A stretch of 64,000 bases of DNA from Proteromonas lacertae (GCA_002245135.1 NGBS01000004.1:62001-126000); one strand, 5' to 3'. Shown: positions 12,248-26,597, counted from the first letter of the stretch. The notes: a model not told the origin generated them from the sequence alone. Made by a program: numbers and translations.

Positions 12248-14395
12248 TTAATACTCAAAATTCACTTCAAAAGACTTATCAGACTGTAAAATGTTCTGAA
12301 TGTCTGAAGCAGGAACAGACGGTTGAATAATTACATAAGGCTAATGCAGAATATAAATATAAATATAAATATATATACATCAGATGCCTTTCTAGTTATT
12401 TCAATCACATTCATATTATTCAATTTCTTACATATATAATCAAATTCATACCTTTCAATTACACTCCCTTTATCATGAAGCAACACATCACTCTTCATAC
12501 GATTATACAATGCAAAGGAATTCACCATTTCAACTCCATTAATTTTAATATGTTGAATGAGAGAATAGAGAAATAATTTTTCATATAAAGATGAAGAACA
12601 AATGACTTTATTTAATATTGATTCTGATAATTCTTTACTTGATAAATTAATATCTTCAATTGTCACTTTCTGTACATCACTTTGTTTAGATTTACTTTTT
12701 GAGGATGATTTCTTATTATTATGATTATTATTTGTTATTTTTTCTGTATTATTTATTTCTTCTCTAATTTCTACAGCTCTTCTACACATTGATAATGCTG
12801 TTCTTATATCTCCACTAAGGTTAGTCACTTTACCAGCACACATCCTTATACTATCTGTACTAAATACCTCTAAGTCCTTCAATCTGTCCATTATTATTGT
12901 TTCGATTTGATCTCTTGTATATGCATGGAATATTAGTCGATTTGTATCACCTATTCTACTTTTAATTCGTGGAATTAATCTTTCAGGTAAATCCATTGTA
13001 TTGGCTATTCCCTATAATTATATATTAATATATTATAATATATACAATTACTATTAATCTACTATGTTTATTATTTGGCCATTCAAATAGATTATATAAT
13101 ACAGTTTGATTTCTTGTACTCATATAATCTAATTCATCTGCTAATATCACTATACATTTACGATTAGCTTTGGATGTATTGAAATAAGTAGTTAATTTCT
13201 ATTTATTATTAATAAATATAATTATATATAAATACAGTTAATGCTAATGTAGGTGATAATAAATCTCCACTAATTGAATTCCATATTTGACTATATATTT
13301 GATGGGGATTTGTCACTCTCATTCCATTCACTTCAATATATTGAAACTCTGGTAATTTTCCAGTTAAATATTCATTTTTCAATGTTAAAATTACTTCTCT
13401 AACCGTTGCAGTTTTACCAGTGCCAGGCATTCCAGATATATAATAAGCATAACCACCACCACTTCTTATACCATTTCTTAACCAATTATAGATTATACTA
13501 TTCTCTTTTTCTCTACAGGGTAAGTGAGATGGAATTGATGATAACTGTAAGGAGTTTAATGCAATTTCATAAATACTTTTATTCTCATTATTTTTAGGTA
13601 AATTTTCATCCAAATCTTCAAATGGTGATGGTGTATAAAACATTGTTGTTTGATCCATTATACCTTTTTTAGAATAACTATTTAAAATTAGATTAAAAAA
13701 AATATAATATACAATTTTGTTCTTTCTATTTTTTGTTTTTCATTATGTTCATTGTAGAGTGGTCTAATTATATGTGTTTTTATATCACAAAAATAATCAC
13801 AATAATAAGAATCTTCCTTTTCTTCTTCATCTAATTTCTCGTATTCTGATTTACGACATACATTTACTTTGTATTTTATACAATCTAATGTGTTATTATC
13901 TATATGATTCGTTTCAAATAATTCACTATTAATAATAATCGATTAATTAACAATCTATACATATCTCCATGACTAGGTGTTCTTCCTCCTTTTATTTCTT
14001 CTGGAAAGTAGTACCATCTACATTCAAACCATTTATCTTTGTATTGGTCTTGCCATATTTTTTCTATTTCACAAATTGAAATATTCTATTTGTTATTGTT
14101 ATAATTAAATAAATAAATACCGATTTAGTTCCATTGATTATTCTAGATCCAGTCGTTTCAACAACAACTCTATCAGCAATGTGATAATCAACACCATCAA
14201 CAATTACACTATCATAAAATGTATCAGCTAAGTAAATAATATGTTTCTATATAACATACTTCCTTTTAATTTCCCTTTACCAACAAACGAAATAACATCA
14301 TTCTTTGGTATTTCTTTTTTACTTCTTCTTTTTGGTTCATCTTCTTCATCATCATTTGATGATTTTACTCTCTGTCTTTTTATTGCTTTCCTCAT
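12248..14395 (-). CDS. ORC1: origin recognition complex subunit 1 (BAH, AAA+, winged helix)
   Basis: YISGMPGTGKT Walker A; LPCREKE; NTMDLPERLIPRIKSRIG; BAH-like 5' exons. Confidence 0.92.
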
Positions 14396-14463
14396 TTCAA
14401 AAAATAAAAAACAAATTATATAAGCTTGATTACCTCAAGTTGTGTTTTTCTTCAAAATTCTAT

Positions 14464-15401
14464 ATGGCAACTCCTTTCTGCCCTTCTAAATGTCCATGTC
14501 CATGCACACCATATACATGTCACTGTGAACATAAAATTCCATGTTTTTTATCTGATCAGAATAAAAATGGTCAAGCAATTAGGAATGATTATCAAGATGC
14601 TTTCCCTGTGGCTGTTAGTCAAGCAATGGATAGTATACCACATGATTTACCTCAACTAATAAAAACAAAATTACAAACAATGCATTTATCCTTTTTTTCA
14701 GAGGCTACACTACCAACTGATATGGGTGCATTTCGTATTAGAGTGTATACATCACAAGAACATCCTGATTTGTATGATTTTTAACTGATTATTTTAAAAT
14801 TGTATAGTTCCTTTCAACCAGTTGCATTAATTTCAGGTAAAATAGAAAATAGTAGTAGTGTAGCTGTTCGTGTGCATGATCAATGTTTTACATCTGAAGT
14901 ACTTGGATCAAAGAAATGTGATTGTAAAGAACAATTAGAATATGCAAAAAGCTATATAAAAGAGAATGGTGGAATGATAATCTATCTTCAACAAGAAGGT
15001 CGTGGAATAGGTTTAGCAAACAAAATAGCTGCTTATCATTTACAAGATGATGGTAAAGATACAGTAGAAGCTAATCGATGTTTAGGTTTAGAAGATGATT
15101 ATCGAACTTATGAAAGTGTAAAACAGATATTGGAAGATTTACATATTTCTTCTATTAGATTAATGACAAATAATCCTTATAAGAAAATATCGTATAAAAT
15201 ATAAAAATAATAATATAAATACATAGTTTGGAACAATTGGGTGTGAAAATTGATAGTATAATTCCAGTTGTTATTCCTCCTAATAAATATGATATTGGAT
15301 ATTTACATTGTAAAGCACAAAGGATGGGACATATGTTGCCTTTGGATGGTATTCCAAATTTTAATAGTAACAGCAATAATAAAGATGAAGAAATAGTGTG
15401 A
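14464..15401 (+). CDS. ribA: GTP cyclohydrolase II; introns 14772-14807 and 15192-15226
   Basis: VRVHDQCFTSEVLGSKKCDC, QEGRGIGLANKI, LMTNNP and terminal KAQRMGH motifs. Confidence 0.93.
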
Positions 15402-15539
15402 TAATTAATAATAATAATTCGTTAATGATGTATATTTTTATTTATACATTAAACAAACACAAAAAATAAGTTAAGAAAAGGGAAACTCACTTAAAAGTCT
15501 ATAAGTGAAAGAAATGAATGAATTATCATCATATTTAGT

Positions 15540-16737
15540 TTACAATTGAATAGTTCTTTGGTTTTCACAAGCATATCCGTAGTATCCTTGGAAACAAGTA
15601 CATATTCCAGTCTTTGAATCACATAAACCTCTTCCAGAACATAAAGTCGTTTTTAGATCACCATTTACACCTGCAGGTGGAGTTATTTTACCTTCTACAA
15701 CAGTAGGAGCAACGCCTTTAGAAGGATTAAATAATGCAGTTCCTGTATCTGCGTTATTTGCATTTAATTCAGATGCTGTAAATTTGCTTGGATCTGATGA
15801 TTCAACATTTATTTCAATTTGAACATCAGTATTACTACTATCTGGACAAGTGATTTGAACTGTTGATTGTGAAAGAGGAGGGATTGTTTGAATTGCTCTT
15901 TTCATCTCTTCTTGATAAGCATTTGCAACTGTACTGTCTTTAACATAAGTATTAGCAGTATTACCTACCACACATATTTTTGCTTTATCTAAAGCAGATA
16001 TTACTGGTGTTGGGTATGTTACTCCATCATAAGTTACTTGTAAAGAATATCCCTTTGTTGCACCAGCCAATGCAGTTGTATGAGTTGTTGTTAATTCATA
16101 TTTCATTGTAGAACCAGAATATATAACTGGATCTAAACCCATTGGACATTGTCTTAAACTACAATCAACACCTTCATATCCAGCATCACATTTACAGGTA
16201 AAGAATTTATCTAATTCCCAACCATAATAAGCACTACCTTGTTCTTTAGCATAAGCTGTACTACTCATACAAACACCATTTCCACTACAACTTACTCCTT
16301 CTACACTACTAGGACAACTACGACGTTGACAAGCACTTCCTTCATATCCTTTATAACATACACAATCACCAGTTGTTCTATCACAACTTCCACTGTTGGA
16401 ACATTCAGCATATCTGTGAGCTCTGCTCTTTGTCACATATCCTTTCAAATTTTCACTCAAACCATACTTAGGTCTCCATTCTGTCTTTACTGCTGTATTG
16501 TCTACATCACCATCATGATCTAAATCTCCCAGTGGAATATCGACTAAGGCTTCACCATAGGGACATGCTCCTATACTTATTATACTGTTATAATATACTT
16601 AAAGAGCAATCAGCACCTCCCCAACCCATATAACACTCACACTTGTCTTTTGGACCACAATTACCATGTCCGTTACAATACTTGTAACAACCTAATACGC
16701 AAGATAAGTATAAAACCAACAAATAGATAGCTTTCAT
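15540..16737 (-). CDS. secreted EGF-like repeat protein of the tubular mastigoneme (Sig/Ocm/Mas) type
   Basis: signal peptide MKAIYLLVLYLSCVLG; AHRYAECSNSGSCDRTTGDCVC; DCSLRQCPMGLDP; terminal CSGRGLCDSKTGICTC. Confidence 0.8.
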
Positions 16738-16921
16738 CGTCAAAATGAAATTTTCTAGTTTGAGATACGTTGATAGGGTTTTCTAAACGAATATATTTTT
16801 TCATTGAGAAATTGAGAAGAAGAAAATGTATGTTGAGATTCTACTTCATTATAGTAAATCAAAAACTACTACAAATTAAAAAACATAAAAATTATACAAA
16901 ATAAATAAATCAAAAACAATT

Positions 16922-17696
16922 TCAACTATACCATCCATTGGAACAATCGCCACTTAACCCTAAATTCAAAAGATTGTACATAGGTCCTTCTAAACCAATG
17001 GGCTTGTCTTTTATTATGTCGTTATCTTTATATTCAGGACTATATCATAATAACTACATAAAATAAATCATACTTATTTACATAATTCTCTTCAAATGTT
17101 GTTTTAGGTATTTTTATTCTGTAAATTGGTATTCTTTCATTCACAAATGATGAAAATTCTAATCTTCCAATGTTGTGATTATTCTTACAATAAACAACAT
17201 CATTTTTCACTTTTATATTATTTAATCCTCTTTTCTGTAATACCCGTGGATCTATCCATAGATGGTTTGAATAATGCTTGAAGTCTTCATCTTTGGCAAG
17301 TAATAAAAAACATTTACTACATCTTAAACCATGATGTTGTTTTGCTTCTTTCTATTATTCTATTAAATAATATATATATACTCTTTTTCTTTCGCGTGGT
17401 TCTTCTTCTTCTTCTTCTTCTTCTGATTGGTCTTTAATAGCAATATTTGATTCATTTTTGAGTAATTCTTTATTTGATGGAAGAGGAACATCAAATTTCT
17501 TAATTTCTTTCTTTGTTTCTTCTACTTTAGATTTTTCTTCCAGTTTTTCTTCAATTTTTGACTTTTCTTCATATTCTTCTTGTCTTAGTCTCTTCTTTCT
17601 AGATTTCTTTTTGAGTTTGAGTTTTTCTTTTCTTGAGAGCGTTTTATCTGTATCTAAATTATCTCCATCAGAAGATAATGGAATGTTTTGATTCAT
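16922..17696 (-). CDS. hypothetical protein; K/E-rich N-terminus and possible Yippee/Mis18-like zinc module
   Basis: spliced product contains LRCSKCFLLLA ... VYCKNNHNIG; two short introns. Confidence 0.6.
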
Positions 17697-17743
17697 TTCA
17701 AGCCTTGATGTTTGACATTTAGAATAAATCTTTTTTTCTTGAT

Positions 17744-20155
17744 ATGAAGAGATCTGAAGTGAGAAAGAAGAATAAATGTATTACATTTTATTATAACGAT
17801 AACTTAGTTGATGATGCTGAAATATATGTCATGAAGGAGACTTACAAAGTATGTAATCTATTATAACCAATGTAGGAGCTGGTATCAAGATCTGATTCAA
17901 CTGCAGAAGTCGATAAAAGAATGTTTCTAAACTTTTTCAGATTACCTGGTCTTTATGGAGGTATTTCAAAATCTTTTCTATTTCTTCTAGAGAGAATGTT
18001 CAAACTATTCGATACTAGACAAACGAATACAGTCAATCAAGATAGTTTCATAAAGAATCTCGCAGTATTATGCAGAGGTACAACAGATCAAAGAAATAAA
18101 TTTCTTTTCAAACTCCACGATTTAGCAGATGAAGGTTCAATCCCAGAAGAGAATATGTACACATTATTCCGTAACTTACCATCATTATTACTAGTGGTAA
18201 TATGGCGTAGAGCATTTGGTACTAAGTTACCAGGTGAAGTTGAAGGATCTGATTTACTTCAGTTAGATAAAGTGTCAAAAGAATATGATGATGGTTATGT
18301 TAGAGCATTAGTACACAATATATTTGAAAAAGTAGACGAAGATAAGAATGGTAAATTAAATGAAAGAGAATTTGTAAGATTTCTTGATTTTTTACCTGAA
18401 TTGAGGAATTTTATAGAATCTTTTTTACCTTATGAACCTGATAATTTAACATCACAAGAAGCTTCTACTTATGCAGCATTGCCATTCGGTATTAGAAGAG
18501 TATATCTTTTATTATATTGTATTTATATTTATATTTGATTTAGTTTGGTTCAAAAGTCCAACCAAAGACTGAATCTGCTACAGAGAATACAATCACATGG
18601 ATATTACAATGTGCAAAATGTCAAGCGACAATGTGTTACTGTAATCAATGTGGTGGTAAATTACAACCTGATATGTTGTTTGTTACTGAAGATGGACATC
18701 AAAGACAAAGAATGAGGTGTAAAGGTATACATAATTTCTTATTTTTATATATATATAATAGAATGTAATGCAAGTGTAAAAGTGAAATATTGTTTCGGAT
18801 GTGGTGAACTATTAGATTATAGAAATGTTGTTGGTTTATTAGATAGTGAAGCAACACGAGGTGCAGTTGGTAAACAAGGTTTCTTATATCGTAAAAAGAA
18901 ATTCTTCAATAATATCAACAAGAACTATTTCTTATTAAGAGGTAATATGTTATATAGATATGAAGATGAAAGTGCTACTTTACCATCACAAATAACATTA
19001 TTAGATGATTGTTATATTAGATCAAATGATGCTCCAGATCCAACAGCAGGTGGGTTTTATCAAATATCATTAATTACTGTTGATAATACAGTAAGAAGAG
19101 AATATTATGCACAAACATTTGAAGAGAAGAATGCATGGGTAAAAGCGCTTCAAAGTGGTTCTAGAGTGAGAGAATTGACAAGTTTCTATGATATGACACG
19201 TGAAATTGGTAGAGGAAGATATAGTCGAGTATTTAGATGTAAAAATAAAATTACAGGTAAAGATTGTGTTGTTAAAATAGTTGATAAAACTAACTTATCT
19301 CCATTAGAAATGTCATTAATCAACAGTGAAGTGAAAATATTAAAAATGGTAAATCATCCCAGAATTATACAATTATTAGATGTATTTGAATCACCTGAGG
19401 ATATTTCATTAATATTAGAATGGATGTCATCAGGTGAATTATACTCACATATTGCAGGTTTAAAGACAATGACAGAAGCTGATTGTTTCAAGATAATGAA
19501 GCCAATATTTGAAGCATTATATTATTTACACTCCATTGGTATTGTTCATAGAGATATTAAACCAGAAAATATATTATGTGGTGCAAATATGTATGATATT
19601 AAATTAGCTGATTTAGGATTAAGTTCATTAATTATGCCAAAAGAACAATTATTCACAAGATGTGGTACAATATTTTATATTGCTCCTGAAGTGTTAATTG
19701 GTGATGGTTATGGTATGTCTGCTGATATATGGAGTGCTGGTTGTATTATGTATTTACTGTTATCTGGATGTTTACCTTATGTTGGTGATTCTCCTGAAGT
19801 AGTTGCTGAAAAGATTAGAAATGATCCAGTTCAATTCCCTCATGAGAAATGGAGAAATCGTACAAAAGCTTGTCAATCTTTGGTTAGACATTTGTTAGAT
19901 AAAGATCCTAAAACTAGATTCACTGCTAAACAAGTATTACAAGATAAATGGATGGTAGAATTAGAATCAAAAGAACCATCTGAACCATTAATCACTCCTA
20001 CTTTAGATATTGAACATTATATTGATCCTTCCACAGATTTCTCAAAGTATAGTTTTGCTACACCTGTTATTCGTCAACCAGTTACTACTGGTGGTAATAT
20101 TCCAGCTGCTCCTAAAGCAAATAATCAAACTGCAATACCACAACCTAGTTCATAA
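17744..20155 (+). CDS. CDPK7-like kinase: EF-hands, Cys-rich module, PH domain, CAMK-type kinase
   Basis: DEDKNGKLNERE EF-hand; CAKC/CNQC/CFGC; KQGFLYRK..EKNAWVKAL PH domain; HRDIKPEN, DLG, APE. Confidence 0.88.
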
Positions 20156-20275
20156 AATTAAATATGTATGATAATTAATAAATATATTATTTCATTAAGA
20201 TATGGAAGTATTTTTTTATAAAGAATACATATATGATAATATATAAACAACAAAAACAAAAACAATATTATTAAA

Positions 20276-20762
20276 TTATATTTCATCTTCATGAAGTAGA
20301 AAATTAGGAATTCCATTTACTATACCATATTCTCTTCCACAATGTTGACAAACAAGGATTCCTTTATTTACTTGTACTTCTAACAATGCATGATGGAATA
20401 ATGTGAGAAATGATTCGTTTGAATCAGCATCAGGAGGAAGTGTATCAGGTAAATCAGTAATTCCAACCTAGATTATTATATATTAACAATATACGCATTG
20501 AGCTGCAAATTTTAATGCAATATAGTTTACTTTGCCTAACATATTTTTCAAAAATTTGGGATTTTGTTCAATTGTTTCAACTTGAATATCATCAGGAGTA
20601 CATACAATCTAAAATAAGATAACTAATGCAATACTATTAAAGGGTAGTTCTTCTTTTCAGAACTTGGATCTTTTGTTAAGCTTTCAATACAATTCTATGA
20701 ATATATAGAAAAGTATATACTTTGACATTACAAGTTAAGAAATTATGAGTCAACAATTTCAT
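20276..20762 (-). CDS. TRM112: methyltransferase activator Trm112 (3 introns; absent from ORF track)
   Basis: spliced MKLLTHNFLTCNVK...LVCQHCGREYGIVNGIPNFLLHEDEI. Confidence 0.93.
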
Positions 20763-20870
20763 TTGTTTTAACAATAATTTGAAAAATGATGTTTTTGATT
20801 TTTAAAAAGGCTTGAATTTTGTTTGATTACTAAACACAATAATAAACTTCTGATTTTGATTTCTTGCTTT

Positions 20871-21851
20871 ATGATGGGTCATAGTATAGAAAAAGATGAT
20901 GAAGAGAGTACGGTGTATGAGTTTAATCCACCATTACAATTTGAAGAAGAAGAAGTGAATGGAAGACCTTTAGAAAGAACTCCCTCTTCTAAATCACAGG
21001 ATGCAATAGTCGCTGATTCAGATTATAATGTAATATATCGTGCAGCTTGTATTAATATTGTTATAACATTTTAGGGAGACATTATTTCAATTTGTTTTTA
21101 TTACAGATATTTGAATATGGAATACTATTCTTCTTCAGGTATAACTCTAAAATAATGTAATGAAATAGATATAATGAAACAGTAAATAAATTTATAGAAG
21201 ATCACTGCATATTCTTGTCAGTAACACTACTGTTATGTTATGGCACATCCATTATCCATTACAGTATATATTTATATTATAATCAATTTCACAGTAACCA
21301 ACAAAATGAGTGATTCAACAACAGATCTTACTCCTCTACATTGGAGTTATATAGCAGCAGAGTTTGTATTCTTCGAAGTACTAATTGGTGCTACATTTAA
21401 GACCAATGTCGTACTGTGTGTGAATATATTCCCACTAATACATTATCTATTTTTAACAATCAATTTATTACTTGCTAAAAGATCAATTACCACCACAACT
21501 GCTTCAATCACATTCTTTATATCTAATATAGCATCTATAGTATTAGTAGAATCATTTACAAAGGTATTTATTGAAAGTTTTTGTGTTTATGTTATTGCTA
21601 TTGTTTGGATGTTATATTCACAATTACAATTTTGGATGTTTGTATTGAATGAAAAAGATACAACTGTATATGCAAGGTCACAGTATACATATATATATAA
21701 TTATTATTATATTTTAAATAGTGCTGCAAGTTTATATGGAATGTCATTTCTAACATTAGTGTATGTGATGTATGCTTTAGTGTTTAAACCATTAATGTGT
21801 TGTTTCCCTTCATTAAGTAAATATGTTAATGATGATAGGAAGGATGAATAA
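20871..21851 (+). CDS. hypothetical multi-pass membrane protein
   Basis: acidic N-terminus, several hydrophobic segments, short introns; exact model uncertain. Confidence 0.6.
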
Positions 21852-22020
21852 ATTAGTTGTACCATATTAAATACACACAATTTTCATTTTAATTCCTTAT
21901 TTAAATTTAATTAATCTCTATAATAAACACTGTTTTTATTTTTAAACTATTGTTGATATAGAAAAAAAAATACAACAATATTCATAATACATATATTTAT
22001 ATATAAATGATTTACCAATG

Positions 22021-25000
22021 TTACAAATGTTGATAATTCAAAGAAGGAGGTGTAATAGAAAACTTAAATGTATCATTAAAATCATTCTTAAAATCCATAT
22101 TACTTCTTTTCAACTTAAAAATCGGTTCTAATCTTTGCATTCTAATCTTCTTCTGTTGTAGTTTCAAAGTTGTTTTTCTCAACAAAGTTTCATATTCATT
22201 TGTCTCATTTTCATTATTAGAAGCTGTTCCATTGTTACTATCATTACTATTGATAGAGTTTGATATACTATCACCATCTACATCATTCTCACCATCCACA
22301 TCATCATCATCATCTTTATGTGAATTTGTAACTGTATTATCAGCAATAGATTGATGGATTGTTTCTGATACGATACTTTCAGGGTAAAATTGACCTGGTA
22401 TAGAGAATGCGATTGGATAATCTGGTAGTACAAATACTTGTCTTAATTTACTTTCATAATCAATCATATCTTTCTCTAATATTAATGGCAATTGTGGTGA
22501 ATCATGAATATAATCTAATAATATACTCTTTATAAAACAGGGAGATTTCTTTTCCTTTTTATTATCATTTTCTTCTCCCACTTCCACTCCTTCATCTTCT
22601 TTTACTTCTAATATAACTTCATCAATATTTGCTAGTGAGATTTCTTCAGGTAATAATAATAATAGACCAGTATTATAATCCAATACAATCTGTTTATGAT
22701 TCCAACCATCTAATCTCTTACGATATTCAACAACAGACATTATATATTGTTTCAATTCATTATTCTCCAGTGGTAATTGATATGAATATAATATAGAACT
22801 AACTACTAAATGTAATAACAATTGTTTAGTTTGTGGCTTGGGTATAACAGCATCTAATGTCATTGAATTAATATAATCATCTGGTCGATCTCTGAGGGTA
22901 ATATCATCTAATGATAAGTTACTTGTATCTATTGGAGAATCATGAATAGCTTCCCATTGCAATCTAAGAGCAATATGGAATAGAGTAGATGAATAAGTAT
23001 TCCAATCCATTGATAATAATATATTAACAGTCTTACAATATTCTAATAGTAATTCAGGACAATTAACTGGACAAGAGAGAATACCACGGTATAATAAACT
23101 GAAAATAGCTTGCTTTTGAAAATCAGTAAGTTTTCTTTGAATTACCTTAGGTTTCTGTATTTGTTGTTGTTGTTGAGTATCATATGATTGATCTATATCA
23201 TCTTGTTGTTGTCCAGAATGTTGTGATTGTATCTGTCTATTATCATCATCTTGTCTTCTTATTGTAGAGGTTTGTATGCTTAAAGATGTAATTTCTGGTG
23301 ATAATAGTGAATTGAATATCTTTAAAGCTGATAATTGAATTACTACATCATCTGATTTGATTCTTTCCATGATGGATCTTAGTAGATTATCGTTTAATGG
23401 TAAGGTTTCTTTGGTATTACTACAGATTAATTCGATTAAATGTAATAAATATCTTTCATTTGGTAAATTCTAATGTATAATATAATATAATAATAAGAAT
23501 AATATACTAATGACATAATGTTATAATTCATTATTTTATCAATCACTTCAATTGTTTCATGTGATCCTTTCAGTTTATTTTCAAATTCAATAATCAAATC
23601 TTCTAGACTTTTCTTCATATTCTGATTGGCTAATTCTAATACATTCTCTAAAACGTAATATGAATAAATCGACAAGAATATATCAATAGTTTCAATAATC
23701 CAAGGTGTTAATGCATTTCTAGTAATTCTAATAGTATTCACTATGACAGGTATCATATTCTTCAAACATTGTTTGGCTGTTTCTGAATCTACTACAGTTT
23801 GTGATCTTAATCTTGTCATTTCTACACCACCAGACATACTATCTTGATGTATTGGATTAGGTAATCTCATGGATTGTACAACTCTACCTCCTGTACTCTG
23901 TGTATTTAACATTGTACTGGATGTATTAGCTGTATTTGTATTAGTAGTAACAGATGTATTTTGATTGGAGGATGAAACTAGGATATTTGTAGCTGATGCT
24001 GTTGAAGGTGGTTGTAGAAATTCATTGGATTTGATACTATCATGCATCACTTTAGCATGACGTAATAAATATAAATATAATGGAATGCTAATGCTCTTCT
24101 ATATATAAATTACATTAATCAAAAATATACATTCATTGAAACACATAGTGCTCTCATACATTGTATTGAAAATTCAATAGGTGACCATCTTATATCATCT
24201 AAATGATGTAATAATGGGTTTAAAAAAGTATCAAAACTATTTGCACTAATTACACCTGCTATATTGGTTAAACAGTCAAATGCTACTGATTTTGGTGTAT
24301 CATGTGGCTCTGCTGATGAACCATCCACATTACTATTGGAAGCTTGAGGGATTAACATTGTATTTTCATTCAAATTCTCAAAAATTACTGGATATATTTC
24401 TAAAATGTTTGAATTTAACGTATTTTCATCCATAGCTAATATTAATAACATTATTGACCTTAAAGCTTCTAATTTTGCACTAATTAAGTGAGAAAATGAA
24501 TAAATAAATAAATATACGTGTAATCTTTTTGAATATTATCTGATTTGAATCTTGATAATGCAATTAATTCTTTTACAAAAACAGATAATTTATTCTTATC
24601 AGCTAAATCATCTTGATATCTTAAATAAATATTGAAAGTGGATAATGTTAGCAATCTGAGATCAATATTGGGTTCTTCTAATAAGTGCAAAACTATATTA
24701 ATCACTTGTTCTTCAAATAGAGCTAATTTATTGTGACAACTTTCTAATATCTTGTTTAAGGATAGCATTCCTACTTTTACATAACTATAACAACATATTA
24801 AAAATTAAACAAAATACCCTATTCTTCCTTTGTATAGATCTTTATGTATTCTATTTTCAAGCACTCTATAAGCAATAATTTTATTATTTTTATACTTTCC
24901 AACATTTGGTAAATGTTTAGGATTTCTAGATAGATAATTTGTAAGCCTTTGTATTTGATATGGTGTAAGATTATCTTCTGTTCCCCTAGTATGGGGAGGA

Positions 25001-25062
25001 TATAATTTGTTTACTTGTTTTGTTTCTTGAGGATACAACAAACAACTCCCTGCAATTCCCAT
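22021..25062 (-). CDS. EFR3: EFR3-like armadillo scaffold
   Basis: N-terminal Cys; VNKLYPP..QRLTNYLSRNPKHLPNVGK..LENRIHKDL; five ORF pieces joined by introns. Confidence 0.8.
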
Positions 25063-25092
25063 CTATATAGAATTTTTAGAATTTATTAAGAA

Positions 25093-25123
25093 AAGCTTGT
25101 ATGATAAGCTTGACTGAAGCTTT
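25093..25123. promoter_or_regulatory. triple AAGCTT(G) element in 78-nt divergent promoter
   Basis: AAGCTTG, AAGCTTG and AAGCTTT at 25093, 25106 and 25117; the same motif lies upstream of many other genes. Confidence 0.5.
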
Positions 25124-25140
25124 AACTGTTTGATAAAGCG

Positions 25141-26103
25141 ATGAAACCAGCCAAGAGATGTCCTTCTTCTCCGTCCTTACACACTCTTGCTAAAAAGAAA
25201 TCGGCATCCGGTAAGAAGGTATCGTCAAAAGTTCAAATATCACCACATCACACAAATGCAAACGACGAAGAGTTTTTAAAAATTTTGAGGAAGCTACATG
25301 TCTCATCTCCATTATCCTATCGTAGTCATTCTGATACCAAGAAGAAAACACCTCTCTCTTCAGATTCTTCCAACCATGAATATTCTAGAAACAAAAACAA
25401 GAGAGTTAAACATAATTTAAGTAATTCAAAAAGACACACACCAGAAATATCACCAGCATCACCTTATACTCCACGAATTAGACATGAAGAAAGTGGTCAT
25501 AGGAGTCCATTTGTCGAAAAACTGGCAAAACCAACAAGATTTACATCCAATAGAAAAGTACATATCCACAAACCAATTCCTAAATACCCTGAACCGTTCA
25601 TTGACTCATCCTCTCCAGATCCTAAAGAAACAAACACAGACCAAGCAGAAACAGTTGAAGAATCTAATCCTTTATATGGCAGAACAATTTCAAAGGAATC
25701 AATTCGTAAATTCCTTTCACAAATGAATCATGTTTTAAACACTGATGATAATTCTTCAACAATTACATTGAGTGATTTATTAAACTCTGAAATGGCAAAA
25801 GAAGGTGATATGAAAGATGTAGGACCATTTTTAGACCTTATTGTTGATTATTATAATACAGTTACAGCAAAAGCTGTTAATTTAGATGATTTAGACAGTA
25901 TTTCTCAAATGTATGATTCTTCCGATGGAGGACCAGGTAGTGGTAGACAGAGAAGACCCAGTACGCCATCATTTAGTATGTGGTCATCTGATAAAGATAG
26001 TTTAAAGACAAATTCGAAGAATTTATATGATAGTAGTGAGAATATTGAAAGACCACACTCACCTTTACCTGAAGAAATGGATTCTAATTCAACTGATGAA
26101 TAG
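25141..26103 (+). CDS. hypothetical Ser/Pro/Lys-rich disordered protein
   Basis: 320-aa uninterrupted ORF with coding-like composition. Confidence 0.75.
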   Translation: MKPAKRCPSSPSLHTLAKKKSASGKKVSSKVQISPHHTNANDEEFLKILRKLHVSSPLSYRSHSDTKKKTPLSSDSSNHEYSRNKNKRVKHNLSNSKRHTPEISPASPYTPRIRHEESGHRSPFVEKLAKPTRFTSNRKVHIHKPIPKYPEPFIDSSSPDPKETNTDQAETVEESNPLYGRTISKESIRKFLSQMNHVLNTDDNSSTITLSDLLNSEMAKEGDMKDVGPFLDLIVDYYNTVTAKAVNLDDLDSISQMYDSSDGGPGSGRQRRPSTPSFSMWSSDKDSLKTNSKNLYDSSENIERPHSPLPEEMDSNSTDE

Positions 26104-26235
26104 TAATTATTATGTACATATAAATTTACTCATTATGTTAATTTTAATACTTTCTGTTTATGTAATGTTAAAATACATAAGAAACAATCATTATCTTAAA
26201 GTATAATAAGCCAATAATATAATATATTAATCTGT

Positions 26236-26597
26236 TTAGTTTGAAGTTTGCTTCTTCTTTGTAAGAGTAACTTGTTCTCTCTTTACTGAATTTAATAATA
26301 CTTGAGAGCTTTCCAAAATCTTCATGTAAGCTGCTTCGGTTTCTGTGATTGTCTTATCATAATCATCTCTGGCTTGATTCTTACGGATCAAAGATTCGTT
26401 TAATTTTTGGAGACGATCAGTTAAAACAGATAAATCTCTTTGGATTTTTGCTTTTTCTTCTTCTTCTTTTAAGATTTGTCTGTTGACTTCTTCTCTTTTT
26501 TCTCTTAAATCCTCAATACCTATTCAATAATACTTTTAACTATACATCTGACTAATTCATTATTGTAATTTTGGAGTGATGATCCTTGAGCTGCCAT
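26236..26597 (-). CDS. SSNA1: SSNA1/NA14/DIP13 copy 1 (111 aa; intron 26520-26545)
   Basis: [28 protein letters not shown]...[18 protein letters not shown] signature. Confidence 0.93.

Noticed and set aside
14305..14463. Hydrophobic N-terminal extension of RibA
   Set aside because: Starts at TTG and overlaps ORC1 antisense; ATG 14464 is the plausible start
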